Source of the DNA: an uncultured Nitrososphaerales archaeon
GTDB taxonomy: Archaea; Thermoproteota; Nitrososphaeria; Nitrososphaerales; Nitrososphaeraceae
Direction: 5' to 3'
DNA length: 64,000 nt
Assembly (NCBI GenBank): GCA_963713605.1
Contig: CAVQMO010000001.1
Location: forward strand, 128,001 to 192,000
Shown: positions 10,825 to 22,495 of the stretch, one piece after another
Layout: each line of letters opens with the position of its first letter
Position numbering within the stretch: the first letter of the stretch is position 1
The notes under the pieces: model-generated
Told to the model about the DNA's origin: nothing
The model's input: the letters and a program-made list of their open reading frames with translations, nothing else
Databases searched by the model: none
Program-made: the position numbers and the translations under genes

Positions 10825-11140
10825 CTATTTTCTAACGTGAACAGCGAGCCCATTTTCATTGAGACATGCCTCGATTGCTTTTATCTTGCTTCTATAATAG
10901 AGCACCTTCTTTCCATTATCATCTATAGATGCCCTCTCCACAGACAGAATCCCAGCTTTTACACAATCTACCTATCTTCTTGTAGGTTGAACTCAATGGT
11001 AGCTTATTCTCCGTTGAGATCTGAAGCACCGTCTTTGCTGAGTACATAGTCGATGTAATTATTTTATAAGTAATCATTTCTGCGACTTCTCTTAACAACA
11101 ATAATGAACTATTTTCTCCGTAATCAGTTGAAAGGCTCAT
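10825..11140 (-). CDS. Archaeal winged-helix (ArsR-like) transcription regulator; +1 frameshift near 10960
   Basis: SAKTVLQISTENKLPLSSTYKKIGRLCK continues, after removing one A, as AGILSVERASIDDNGKKVLYYRSKIKAIEACLNENGLAVHVRK*. Confidence 0.8.
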
Positions 11141-11146
11141 TTCCGA

Positions 11147-11182
11147 TTAGACTAACCTAATTAGTGTAGCCTAATATTTAAA
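11147..11182 (-). promoter_or_regulatory. TATA plus tandem operator pair before the wHTH gene
   Basis: Minus-strand TTTAAATA (11182-11175); boxes TTAGACTAACCTAA and TTAGTGTAGCCTAA; ATG at 11140. Confidence 0.8.
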
Positions 11183-11271
11183 TGCTATCCATTAGGCGAA
11201 CAATACTAATAATTAATGATCTCAAAGGTTTTCATCTATCTTCATTACCACAACCAACCAATAATTCTTCA

Positions 11272-12562
11272 CCCATGCAAAAAATGCCAAGTCTGAGGGA
11301 TCCGAATCTAAGAGTTGAACTCGTTGCGAGTGGGCTAAAATATCCAACTGCTATGGCATTCGTAGGAAATGATGACATTCTTGTGCTAGAAAAAAATAAT
11401 GACACCATACGAAGGATTGTGAATGGCAAATTGTTCGATAAGCTTGTCTCTTGGATATCAATGTCGCAAATAAGGTAGAAAGAGGATTGCTAGGTATTGC
11501 AGTTGCAAATCAGACATTGGGAAATGATATGTTTAACAAGACAGTCTATCATTTTTATACTCAGTCTACTGAGGATGGTAACGACCTGTGCCCGGGCGCA
11601 ACTAGTTGTGGCATACAAATCCTATAGGTAATAGAGTGTATCGATACGAATGGACTGGTAGCGAGTTTGTAAGTATGAGTTTGATTTTAGATTTGCTAGT
11701 TGGACCAGGAGCAGACCATAATGGAGGTGTATTGAAAAAAGGACCTGTTGGCTCTTGTAGGAGATGGTGACAGTTGCTGGGAGTTTTGGTGTGCTGGACC
11801 TTTTGAAACAAGTACCGTGAACTCTGAATCATCCAATGTTGTTACAGGAACTCCCCCCGGACGGAAGAAGTGGAATTCTGAGGATAACACCATTTGGTGA
11901 ACCCGTACTGGAGGGAAAAAATGGTACCACTGGTGTTCTAGCCGATCATAGTCCTCTTAACAAATACTATGCATTTGGCATAAGAAATGGTTTTGGAATT
12001 GCGTTCGATCCGGTTACTAGTAAAGCTCTAGGATACCGAAAATGGACCTGGATATGGTGATGAAATCAACCTTGTGGAACCTGGATTCAATAGCGAATGG
12101 TTAAGGGTACAAGGATGGTGGCCAGTTACTACCTCAAACCCATTGCCTGCTGCTAGGGGATATTTTGCGGATGATATGGTAACGGTACCAGCAATTTTAG
12201 AAACCTTCGCAGACAAGGGAAAATATAGTAGTCCTGAATTTGCTTGGAATATGTCTGTCGGCGTAACAGCCTTAGGCTCTGGAAATGCACTAGGAGAAGA
12301 ATATGAAAATAATATGTTCGTAGCAGATTATAACAATGACTATTTGTATGATTTCGAATTAAGCGAGGACAGAACAAAGTTGGACCTTGAGGGTGAGCTT
12401 GTAGATAAGACTGCAAACGATAATGGGGAACTTGAAAAGGTGGCATTAGGGCAGGGATTTGGGGTTATTACCGATAATAAGGAAGGACCAGACGGGTATC
12501 TATATTTGCTGTCGCACATCCACGGAAACATTTACCGGATAGTTCCAAATTTGCCCACATAA
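11272..12562 (+). pseudogene. PQQ-dependent glucose/sorbosone dehydrogenase-like beta-propeller, multiply frameshifted, N-terminus unclear
   Basis: VELVASGLKYPTAMAF, ERGLLGIA, DHNGG, YYAFGIRNGFGIAFDP, ENGPGYGDEINLVEPGFN, EGPDGYLY spread over different frames. Confidence 0.85.
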
Positions 12563-12714
12563 TTCAAACATGCTTCGCATGTTGCTGTGCAATCCAAAAT
12601 TAGTATTCTCAGCTGCCATACAAATATTTATGTGTCGCATCGATATCTCCTTTCCCCGTGAATGATTTTCTATGGGTTGAGAATCATTAACAGCCTATTA
12701 TGACTCGGTATACT

Positions 12715-15305
12715 TTACTTCTTGATTACAGCAAGTACATCTTTTGAGGATGATTTTTGAACTTCATCCCTGATGACTTTAGAAAGATTCTCTGATGATG
12801 TGAGATTCGAAAAATCAATTAGACGAATATCATCCAAAAGGTGTACCTGTGGTGGAAGATCCCAGTGCTTGTCTTTTGTATTTTTGCTGTATCGGAACCT
12901 TTCATTTTTATCATCATTATATCCCTCTCTGTGATCAATTGAGCTTCCTAGCAAAGCAAGCAAGTCAGTCAAGACTTCCTGTTTGGTACCTTTGATAATG
13001 TTTACACCTGCTAAGGAAAGTCTTACCCGTCCAAACTTATCGAGAATCAATATAGAAATTCGCATTTTCTGAGAACGAGGGATAAACCCAAATAAATTCT
13101 TGACTTTTTTTTCACATTCAAATATGTGGTAATTCTTCAAATTAAAATCAACTCGTTTTACGGTCACATTCCTATTCGCTTCCATTATGTCGTCACCCGG
13201 GGCTTTTGAATTCGGGCTCGTCGCTGTCCCAAATAAATTCTTAGCGATGTCTTCAGCTTCATGTATGCTAATTTCCCTAGAATTCGATGTGCCTATGTCT
13301 AGGCTCATGTTACCTGTTGCGGTTACTCGCAGGAGAGATCGATCGCTAACATATTCTGATTGTACGGTAATAGACTCCGGTAGAGCGCCTTTAGCTAATG
13401 CTAAATCTTTCACTTCATCCATCATCATTGAGACCTCATCCGGTTTGGGATTCACATCAACTGTTTTCTCAAGTTCTTCATGAATCATAGCTGCCAGCTA
13501 CACCGATTGAAGATATAACCTCCGCATGTTGTGCTTTTTTATAATTCATATTAAGTGTCTTGGCTAGATGAGGAACAAGCACTGATGCGCCTCCGCCTCC
13601 TCCTACTAATATAAAATTACTGTTAGTAGTATTCCATTCTTTATTTCCAAAGCGGTTTTTATTCCCTGTCCTATTCAGTAAAAACCCTCTTGGTCTATTG
13701 TAGGTTAAATTGTATTCCTTCAACATAGGATTCATGATTTGCAAAACCTTGTCGGTCGCGATATCAAGTATCTGGTTGGCAGCTTTTTCCATCGAAGTAC
13801 CTATTTCTCTGGCAAGAATTGATAAGGCGATCTTAGCAGATTCGGAATTGCCTTTGGCATAATCGTCATCAGAGATCAAACCAAGCGCATTAGCGGCACA
13901 TGTAGTAGTTATGGCAAATAGCCTTTCTCTCAAATCCCCGTCTTTTTCTGATCCACTTCTGCCTCTAATTACAGCGTATACCATGCTTTGATCTTCGACA
14001 TTACTGTTGGACTCATTTACACTAGTTGAATGTTTGAGAACAGAGCCATCTTCTATCTCCGGCCGAAATTGTATTATCGTTCCTCCATCGAGCTGGGAAG
14101 GCTCTGCAAAACAGGAATACTCCAAGCCAGCTATGTGCGCGGATCGAGGACCCACATCTACTATTTTTCGCTTATCTTTTGACAACATCACTATAGAACC
14201 TCCAGCGACATTCACAACTCTTACATCCAATGATCTAATACATGTTGGATGTTGAACTATGGTTGCGTAGTTGACTTTGGGTTTACCATCTTTTATTACG
14301 CACACATTTGTCGAAGTCCCTCCAACCTCTACAAAAACCCCATTTAGTACCCTTAAGTGAAGAAGAGCCCCCGCTACACTTGCAGCAGGGCCTGAAAGAA
14401 CAGTTATAATGGGTTTTATCTCAAACGCACTGATATCTGTAACTCCTCCATCACCTTTCATTACCTTTATTGGTATATTCTTGGGAATTCCCAGCTTTTC
14501 TCTTACGGCATATTCAACAAACCTTGCTGTACTGGCAGCTTTGGGTAGTATACTTGCATTAATCACTGCAGTCATAGTTCGGATCTCAAGACCGTAAATC
14601 CCGGTCAGATCATGTGCTGCAATTATTGGAACCTTCTTTTTGTCACTTCCCGTATTACTTGACCTTGCAATATTTTCTACGAAATCTTCGTTACTGGGAT
14701 CGTCTACACCATATGCTTCGCTGATTACAAGTACCTCAGCTCCTTCGCGCACTAATTCGCAAATTGAAGATCTCACACTTTCTTCGCTCAAATAGGAGGA
14801 AGTGTCCAAGTACCTATAACAAGTCTTAATAGACTTTTTCCCGTTACCATCGAGTAGTATATCTTTTATATGTGTGCGTTTAATGATATTGGACTTCTCT
14901 AAGCTAACACCCATTCCTAAGATTCCCACTTTAGCTGTATCACCTTCGAGCAGGGCATTCACAGCCTGAGTAGTACGTATGAGATATGAGTTCCACTTCA
15001 GAATTTTGTATATGAAATTCATTCATGACATCTGATAGTGTTTGTAAAATGCCTGTTGAAACACCTTGATCTGATTTGTGGGTGGTAGGAAGAGTAGACT
15101 GTCCTAGAATACTCCCTGTGGCCATATCGATTGCAACTGCTTTGGTGAACGTGCCCCCGACATCGATACCAACTCTTATCCGCCTTTTCTTAGAATCTGG
15201 ATTGGTCCGATAATTGGCATGAGGAGAAATGTCGGCATTCTGGCTATGATCATCAGATTCTGCAATCTTATTTTGGTTCAGATATTCACGTTGTTCGCCA
15301 GACAT
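12715..15305 (-). CDS. Hydantoinase/oxoprolinase (HyuA-like) family protein; split by +1 frameshifts near 14975 and 13495
   Basis: RVGIDVGGTFTKAV, TTQAVNALLEG, VLSGPAASVAG, VEVGGTSTN, VGPRSAHIAGL, VGGGGGA, ISSIGVA. Confidence 0.88.
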
Positions 15306-15323
15306 CCCTTATATACTCTCGAA

Positions 15324-15362
15324 TTAGTGTCACCTAATTATCAGGATTTACCTTTATTTAAA
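15324..15362 (-). promoter_or_regulatory. Operator over the predicted start site of the hydantoinase-like gene
   Basis: TTAGTGTCACCTAA (15324-15337); minus-strand TTTAAATA (15362-15355). Confidence 0.7.
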
Positions 15363-15625
15363 CCAATGATTGAGAACCGGAATATCATTCTTTAGGGTGT
15401 TGCATAATCTGAATAAACTAACAATTTATCCTTTCTAACTCGCGGCGGGCTATCAATTAGGGAAGGCCAATTTCTTTGCTATCCTAATGATGCTGAGGGT
15501 CTAGTTCTGCTACAATAGGCTCCAGTGGTATCCAATAATTGACAACACTTTATCACGAATGAAAATGTGAAATTATGGCCAGTGAAATGTTCCGACCTAG
15601 AAAAGATTGTTAGATAAAACATTGC

Positions 15626-15817
15626 ATGAGAACGCCTTATACCTATATAAGACCCATTGCGCACATAAGACGAACGATATTGAACAAGCCCAACATACGC
15701 AGTGATAGCGAAACGTCTAGAGATAACATGATTTTCATTTGCACCGAATGCAATGCTAGGTGTAGATCTGAAGAATTATTGAAGGAACATACGTATGAGG
15801 AACATGGAAAGCAATAA
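15626..15817 (+). CDS. C2H2 zinc-finger microprotein, copy 2
   Basis: MIFICTECNARCRSEELLKEHTYEEHGKQ (CxxC-x12-H-x4-H); true start may be internal. Confidence 0.65.
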   Translation: MRTPYTYIRPIAHIRRTILNKPNIRSDSETSRDNMIFICTECNARCRSEELLKEHTYEEHGKQ

Positions 15818-15968
15818 TCAACTTTAACAATATAGCTCAAGGATTACAGTATGGATATCTGTCTACTTTTTGCCTTAGCCCGACTAAGTGAGACAACTAA
15901 ACCCATGGTTATTCGAAGGTGCATGAGTTTGGAAAAGTTCTCCTAAAGAGAATCATAAACAAAGATAA

Positions 15969-16042
15969 GTTAAATGTATTAGCCTCATCCTCTGATAAAG
16001 AGAATTACCCTCACCTAATTAGGTGTGGCTAATACATTTAAC
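15969..16042. repeat. Perfect 16-bp inverted repeat enclosing an operator pair
   Basis: GTTAAATGTATTAGCC...GGCTAATACATTTAAC; boxes TTACCCTCACCTAA (16005) and TTAGGTGTGGCTAA (16019). Confidence 0.8.
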
Positions 16043-16414
16043 AATAACTATTGGAACTTATGGAAACGCTGATAGAAAGTCATATCATGCGGGATTGAGA
16101 ATACCTCCTTCTCGATTGGAATTTGACCACCGCCATCGAATTAAATGACGACATCTATTTCTTTACGTGAACTACGAGTCCATTTTCATTTAGACATGCC
16201 TGATGTAATTAGGGGGGGACCAAATCTTGGATTGTCCGTTTCGTGGGAAATTGAAATCTAAAATGTAAATAAGATGGATTACGTATCGAAGAAAGGTTTC
16301 CACCGAAGATTTATCTACCTGCTATTTGTTAGTGAAGGTTTCAACACGTATAAATAATTGGAATATGATCCTGCATGAATTATATTCCTTTTCAGCATAA
16401 TCATAGATCCGAGA

Positions 16415-16579
16415 TTGGTCTCAAAGAATAAGCAGAAATTTGTGTCTAAGGAAGAGGAAGAATACCTAAAAAAGATTGCGGAGATATGTGAGAGTGTCAT
16501 TTGTAAGTCTTGTGGCCGTTTTAACATCAGACATTGCAGATTGTGCCGCAACTGTGGGAGCGAGCTCCGACTCGATTAA
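16415..16579 (+). CDS. Small zinc-ribbon protein (54 aa)
   Basis: Below the ORF cutoff; TTG start; ...EEEEYLKKIAEICESVICKSCGRFNIRHCRLCRNCGSELRLD*. Confidence 0.65.
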   Translation: MVSKNKQKFVSKEEEEYLKKIAEICESVICKSCGRFNIRHCRLCRNCGSELRLD

Positions 16580-17046
16580 AAGGGCCAAATTGTTAATTGA
16601 CGAATGATTGCATCACAAAATCCTGACCAGCGGTTCGAAACCTTTCTTCAAAGTATCGAAAGCTAATTCACACAACCCCCAATAAAAGACCGGTTGATAA
16701 ATATTCCTTTAAATGATATCTGTTGACCTAGAACAGATAAAGAATCCGTCAAATATCCTACAGCTCCATAGCCATATCTTGTTTATAATATGGTCTAGCA
16801 AAATCAAGAATATCAATTTTGAAGCTAGTCGACTCTAGTTAATATATGATTTAATTGCAGCGGATCAACTACAGAATTCAATTCAATGACTGCAACTTGA
16901 AGTACAAATACTACCATTCTATCGAACCATATTTGGGCAGATATTATGGGGTCATACTTAGAAATTATAGTATGATTCAGTTTTGTGCGCAAATCTTCTT
17001 GCTAAAAATAATTCAGTTCTCTGAGGGGCCAAAGACCAGTACATAA

Positions 17047-17200
17047 TTATAACATACACGTTACCTGATAGGGGATCTATTGTAAGTCATTCCAGCATTG
17101 AGAACTGTCCATTTTCTTGCCCCTCTTCACCCCATTCGGCAATACATGTCCTATTACTTGTGAATTTTTGTACACGATGGTTACCAGAATCAGTGATGTC
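17047..17200 (-). pseudogene. NHL-repeat fragment
   Basis: ITDSGNHRVQKFTSN..IAEWGEEGQENGQF..*LTIDPLSGNVYV. Confidence 0.75.
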
Positions 17201-17331
17201 AGACACAGTCGCCTTGGTGAATTACCTTTACATCCGTAGGATTTTTATGCGATCTCAGTTTGGTTGGAATCGTACTAAAGTGTATTTGCTGCTGTATACG
17301 TCCGTATGAATCATCGTAGGCTTCGATTGGC

Positions 17332-17592
17332 TTATGAGTATATACTTAGCTTCTTCCTTCTCCTTTTGCTGCCCATCGGTTTTTTGGAGGAGGTTGGCAT
17401 TACGCGGGCATTGAGGAGAACTGAATTACAGATTGGACAGAAACCTTCGATTGCAGCTTTATGATTGGCAAGTCTTACATAGGAAGATGATCTAATATCT
17501 ACTACAAGTTTACAATTTGTGCAATACGCCCTTCGCATCGGCCTTGGAATCTCCCTGAGTAGTGTTCCAATCCTATTAATATTATCCTTCAT
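17332..17592 (-). CDS. DUF5679-like small zinc-binding protein with basic tail
   Basis: AYCTNCK...LANHKAAIEGFCPICNS. Confidence 0.75.
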   Translation of the reverse strand: MKDNINRIGTLLREIPRPMRRAYCTNCKLVVDIRSSSYVRLANHKAAIEGFCPICNSVLLNARVMPTSSKKPMGSKRRRKKLSIYS

Positions 17593-17774
17593 TCAGGGTA
17601 CTATTGATTTTTCCTGGATGGGGGGCATAGAAAGAGCTAGTACTTTGGGGCATTTTGGACGACAAAGTAAACAAGAAAAGAGACCCCTAAATCAATAACA
17701 CCATTGGATACGACTCTTAACTTATGAATCGATACAACCTATCAGAAGAAATAATGATCGTTTGTGTCTTGTTA

Positions 17775-18164
17775 TTAGTGAGCGGCCGAAAAGGAAAATT
17801 TCGTATTAAAAATGTTATTTTTCTCATCCTCTTCTGTTATAGAGCTACCAACTCCTCCGAATAGCGTGGCACGAAATTCATTTGACTCTCCCGTGCTGGT
17901 CACAGTATATTCATGTTTCCATAGATGGTTCGCTTGCAGCTTAATCCACGTTATGGGTAACGGGCTAGGAACGACCTTCACATTATCCCTGTAGAGGACC
18001 CCCATTACTGCTATTTCTCCAGCAGGCTGATTGCTGTCGTTAGCTACAACGTAGCGGATCGTAATACTAGAAGGATGATTTAGTGTTGATCCACTAGAAA
18101 CTGCTTTACCATTGCTCTGATCAATCAATTTGATCCATGCCTGGGTATCAGGAAATTCTGGCAT
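17775..18164 (-). CDS. Stand-alone CARDB/Ig-like domain protein
   Basis: ITIRYVVAN..AG...ITEEDEKNN. Confidence 0.6.
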   Translation of the reverse strand: MPEFPDTQAWIKLIDQSNGKAVSSGSTLNHPSSITIRYVVANDSNQPAGEIAVMGVLYRDNVKVVPSPLPITWIKLQANHLWKHEYTVTSTGESNEFRATLFGGVGSSITEEDEKNNIFNTKFSFSAAH

Positions 18165-18703
18165 ATCATGTAGCTAGGATTGAATCTTATAAACCTATAA
18201 CGCTATAGCGTTATATCCTATCCTCCAATGCTGAATCCATGCTAAACGTAATTCTCTATTCGAGGTACGATCCTATTTTTATCACCAAAGGGTTATACCA
18301 CTCATGTTCAGCTCGCACACTTCATGTAAAGACTAAAAGCATCCAATTCTAAGCTTATAGGAAGACCTAGATCAATTTCAAGGCGTCCGTGTACCCAAAA
18401 ATCAACGGTACATCATCTCGAGAGCACCCTCGCATAATATGACTCGGCGATAATATAATTGCTTGTAAGTTATGCTCAATTGGTGAGTACATTATAAAAT
18501 CAGTAGTGCTCTCTCACTCTGAATCCTCAGAATTCAACTTATTTGCCTCCATCCAAAGTTCATTTAATACCGAACTATTTTTCAATTTGTGGGGAGCCAA
18601 AAGGTAATATATGATAATACATTTCAGACTCGCGTAAACAGAGCATGAGTAAGGAGAGGCATGCAGTTAAGGAACACTCAAGACCCAGAACTATGCTTCC
18701 GAT

Positions 18704-18928
18704 CTAGGTCTTGCCCTCTGCTGACTCATGTTGTTTCTTCTCAAGTTCTGTAATTCGCTTCTCCAGATCCTGGACGTTACGGGTTGTCTTTACTTCTAAG
18801 ACTTGTTTCTCTTGTTCTGAGACTCGTTTTTCTAAATCGAAGATCCTATGATTTGTATCTAGGATTTCTTTAGTTAGACTAACAACTAATTGGCCTAGTG
18901 AGTTTATTTCTTCATCGTTCCTAACCAT
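18704..18928 (-). CDS. Small coiled-coil protein
   Basis: Repeated DLEKR(V/I).E heptads. Confidence 0.6.
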   Translation of the reverse strand: MVRNDEEINSLGQLVVSLTKEILDTNHRIFDLEKRVSEQEKQVLEVKTTRNVQDLEKRITELEKKQHESAEGKT

Positions 18929-19966
18929 ATGAAGTCGGAGGGCTTAGCGAATATTTATCTGTCATCTCGTTTTTCGCATTAGAGAATTGTCTTGCACAAT
19001 CTTCGTCATAGGCACAAAAAATGGATTGTGTACAAATATTTAACAGAGGTAGGACCGTCATTGAAGTAAGTAAATGATCTACCTCCCACATTTTTATTGC
19101 ACCGTGTGTCTAATGCTGATTCCGAGCTTGTAGAATTAGTTTCCCACCAACCTACGATTACGTTATCATCAAAGTCGGTTGAATTGGAGGCGCTTGAATT
19201 TCTCAGATTAACTTTGCGTATGTTTGTCCACCATCTCCTAAAACTCTAAACATAACTTCCGAATTGTTGTTGGCCGGATCAATGATCCCTCCATATGACA
19301 TAGTTATTCAAATAGACCCATTTGCCAAGCCTTGATGAATAACGGCGCGAATATCCAAATACTAAGCTCAAAAGAAGGAAGAAGAACGGCAAGTAATGAA
19401 ATGTTCTCTTGATACGCGCATTGTTGATAATACATCTGATAATCCTGCTTCTAAATTTAGAAGATTCGCTTTTATCAACCTGATCTATATACCATCTCCT
19501 TTCACTAGACCCAACTTGTTGTATTTTTCGGTAGATGATCAATCAGGACAGCCTTTTGATCGATTTCGAACATTACCAATATTATAGATCAGGACCACTC
19601 TTCTAATTCATTCTCTTCTTCTAACTCATTCTCTTCTTCTAAATCCTGACTAACCTCTGGATAATGATCTATATGACTGAAGCCCTGTATGTATTCTAGA
19701 GTTCCTCCTCTTGTAGTCACATAAATAGCGGTGATAGGAGTCCATGCCTTATCCCCTATCGTAAGTGTTCCTTCAGTATAGTGTACTTAGGACCTGATAT
19801 TAGTCATGGTTAACGGTGCGTCAGATAAAGCGCTAACAGCTCTTGAGAAGTAGTGTAAGAAAATGGTATCCATTATCCGTCGTCCCGAAAATAACATATG
19901 TGGTTTATATTAATAATAATATAATAGCTGCCTTTATTTATCTAGTTATTCTATACGCTGTTATTA

Positions 19967-21719
19967 TTGACAGTGGCGAAAGATCATCATACTAATCAAT
20001 TTAAGGGGACTGGAGTGACTTACCGTGAAGAAAAAGTTGTAAAGACAACTTCACAATTATTAACTAATGCAGACAGAGTGGATTCATGCGGTGATTTTAA
20101 AGCTCCTTCCATACTTTTTGAAGCATACAAGGGTTTATCGCCTCAGTTCAAAGAGAGAGAAAAACATATCAAATTAAGATTTCTTACAGATATCAACAGA
20201 GATAATATTATCTATTGTAAAGAAATAATGAAGTTTGCCAAAGAGGTTCGTCACTTAGAGGGCGTTAAGGCAAACTTTTCTATCAGTAAAACGGAGTACA
20301 TTAGTATAATAACTTCAAATGAAGTGGAACAGTCGTCGTCACCGAAACAATCACAGATTCTATTCAGTAACGTCAAGGGAATTATAGAGCAGCAACAATA
20401 TCTCTTTGATAACCTGTGGGACAAGTCCACACCGGCCGAGCAGAAGATCAAAGAATTAGAAGAAGGCGTAGAAGCAGAATTCTTTGAAGTCGTAGACAGT
20501 AAGAAAATAAGTCAAATTCTGGCTGATTTAGCAAAATCAGTAAAGTATGAGATGCTGTTGTTACTTCCTAATGATAGGGCTATGTTGAGAGTGAGCAGAT
20601 TAGGAGTTATCGATAATCTGGTAAAGGCGTCCAAAAATAATGGCGTAACTATAAAGATTATCTGTCCATTATCTGAGGTAAGTTCACCTATTACAAATTG
20701 GATAAGCGATAATGCACCAGATATCCAAATTCTCAATGGCAATGACTCTCAACATGGAATATACATAGCCGATCGTGAAAAGTTTCTCAGGGTAGAGCTT
20801 GTAAAACCAGAAGTTGAGGTCTTTCATGAGGCAATTGGATTTGCTATATATTCCAATAATGAAAGGAGTGCAGACTTGTATAGATGGATGTTTGAACTGC
20901 TTTGGAATGAGAGAATGCTAAATCAAAAGGCAAGCAATACTAATGACATGCAACAGGAGTTTGTTAACATAGCAGCTCATGAATTGAGATCTCCAGCACA
21001 GTCTATAGTCGGGTACACAGAATTACTACTAACTGATCCTAGATATATTGAAATTGATAGGAATGAAGGATTTCTTGAAGCCGTATACAGGAATTCTATT
21101 AGACTAGGCAGACTCACAAAGGACTTTTTGGATGTTTCAAGAATTGAGAATCAAACATTCAAGCTGACATAAACAAAGATTTTGCTTGAATGATATCGTA
21201 CCAATAGTTGTACAAGATACTCAAAGGCAACATGTGCAAAAAAGGAGAATCCTAATCAATGGTAATATAGCAAGAACAATATCAGCATCAAGTAAGATAT
21301 CACGGCCACCACAAGAAGCAGAGCACTGTAACTATGATGATCGTAATATCTGTATTGACGCTGACCGAGAAAGAATAATTCAGGTAATTACCAATTTATT
21401 AGATAATGCTTTCAAATTTACTAAGGAAAACGATACTATATCGATCGTTATCCAGGTACGTGAAAATAAGCATATCAATAATACGAAGGAAGTTATAGTT
21501 AGTGTAAGCGATACGGGTCCGGGTATAGACAATGATATCATACCAAGCCTCTTTACGAAGTTCTGTACCAAGTCATTATCAATAACAAAAAACACCGGGA
21601 CTGGTTTAGGACTGTATATTTCAAAGAGCATTATTGAGGAACATGGTGGAAGGATTTGGGTAGAGAATAATGCTCATGAAAAAGGTGCTACCTTCGCATT
21701 TAGCTTGCCTATTGTATAG
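19967..21719 (+). CDS. Cytoplasmic sensor histidine kinase; +1 frameshift near 21168
   Basis: H-box FVNIAAHELRSP; N-box QVITNLLDNAFKF; DTGPGI; GTGLGLYISKSIIEEHGG. Confidence 0.9.
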
Positions 21720-21952
21720 GCGAATAGTAATAAATTTATATTAATAATGCTGTTAAATTTCCCTCTTATTGATTTTATGATGTCATTTTCTTATGATTTG
21801 CTAACAAATTTAAAAATTGATGAAAGCCTAAAATACTCATACACCCACATAGTAATTCTAATTGGAGGTTATTATCACAAGCTAAATTGTTAATTGAGTA
21901 TAGGTCACTGAGGTTATTATTTGAAAGGAAGGAAACGAGAAGACAATTACAT

Positions 21953-22495
21953 ATGATAAATCATAGAGAGCCCCCATTCTCTTCTCCTTTTATACCCAAT
22001 CATGAATTTAGCAGATACCTTTCTTTTTTATTGAATTCTAACTCTGAAAATCGACTAAAAGATTATCATCCTGTTACACATACAACAATCCTTAACGACA
22101 AGTCTACTATACCTTCTCCTGTTGCTACGAGCAAAAGAATTTTGATAGTAGATGACGAACAAGACATTGGAAAATTATTTAAAGTAGCACTAGAGCGAGC
22201 CGGGTTTGTCGTAGATGTTTTTAATGATCCTTTAAAATCATTGTCTAGCTATAGGATTGGTGCATATGATTTATTGTTGCTAGATATTAAAATGCCACAG
22301 ATGAGTGGTTTTGAATTATATAATAAGATTAATCAAATTGATGATAAAGTCAAGGTGTGTTTTATGACTGCCTTTGAAGAATATTATGATGAATTCAAGA
22401 AACAATTTCCACATTTGAAAGAAACAGAATGTTTCATTAGAAAACCAATAGGTATGAATGACTTGATTAAAACTGTAAAATCACACTTAAATTAA
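21953..22495 (+). CDS. Response regulator (receiver domain)
   Basis: ILIVDDE, LLLDIKMPQMSG, FMTA, FIRKP; start uncertain. Confidence 0.9.
   Translation: MINHREPPFSSPFIPNHEFSRYLSFLLNSNSENRLKDYHPVTHTTILNDKSTIPSPVATSKRILIVDDEQDIGKLFKVALERAGFVVDVFNDPLKSLSSYRIGAYDLLLLDIKMPQMSGFELYNKINQIDDKVKVCFMTAFEEYYDEFKKQFPHLKETECFIRKPIGMNDLIKTVKSHLN

Noticed and set aside
11182..11271. ATG 11182 as start of the PQQ dehydrogenase-like gene
   Set aside because: Overlaps the TATA of the divergent wHTH promoter and lacks a signal peptide
15875..15887. TTAG-N5-CTAA variant
   Set aside because: Wrong spacing and no promoter context; not counted as an operator
5816..16032. Operator repeats as a CRISPR array
   Set aside because: Only 14 bp, variable centre, irregular kb spacing, no cas genes
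19597..19642. 15-bp tandem repeat (LEEENE on the minus strand)
   Set aside because: Short slippage repeat in a decayed frame
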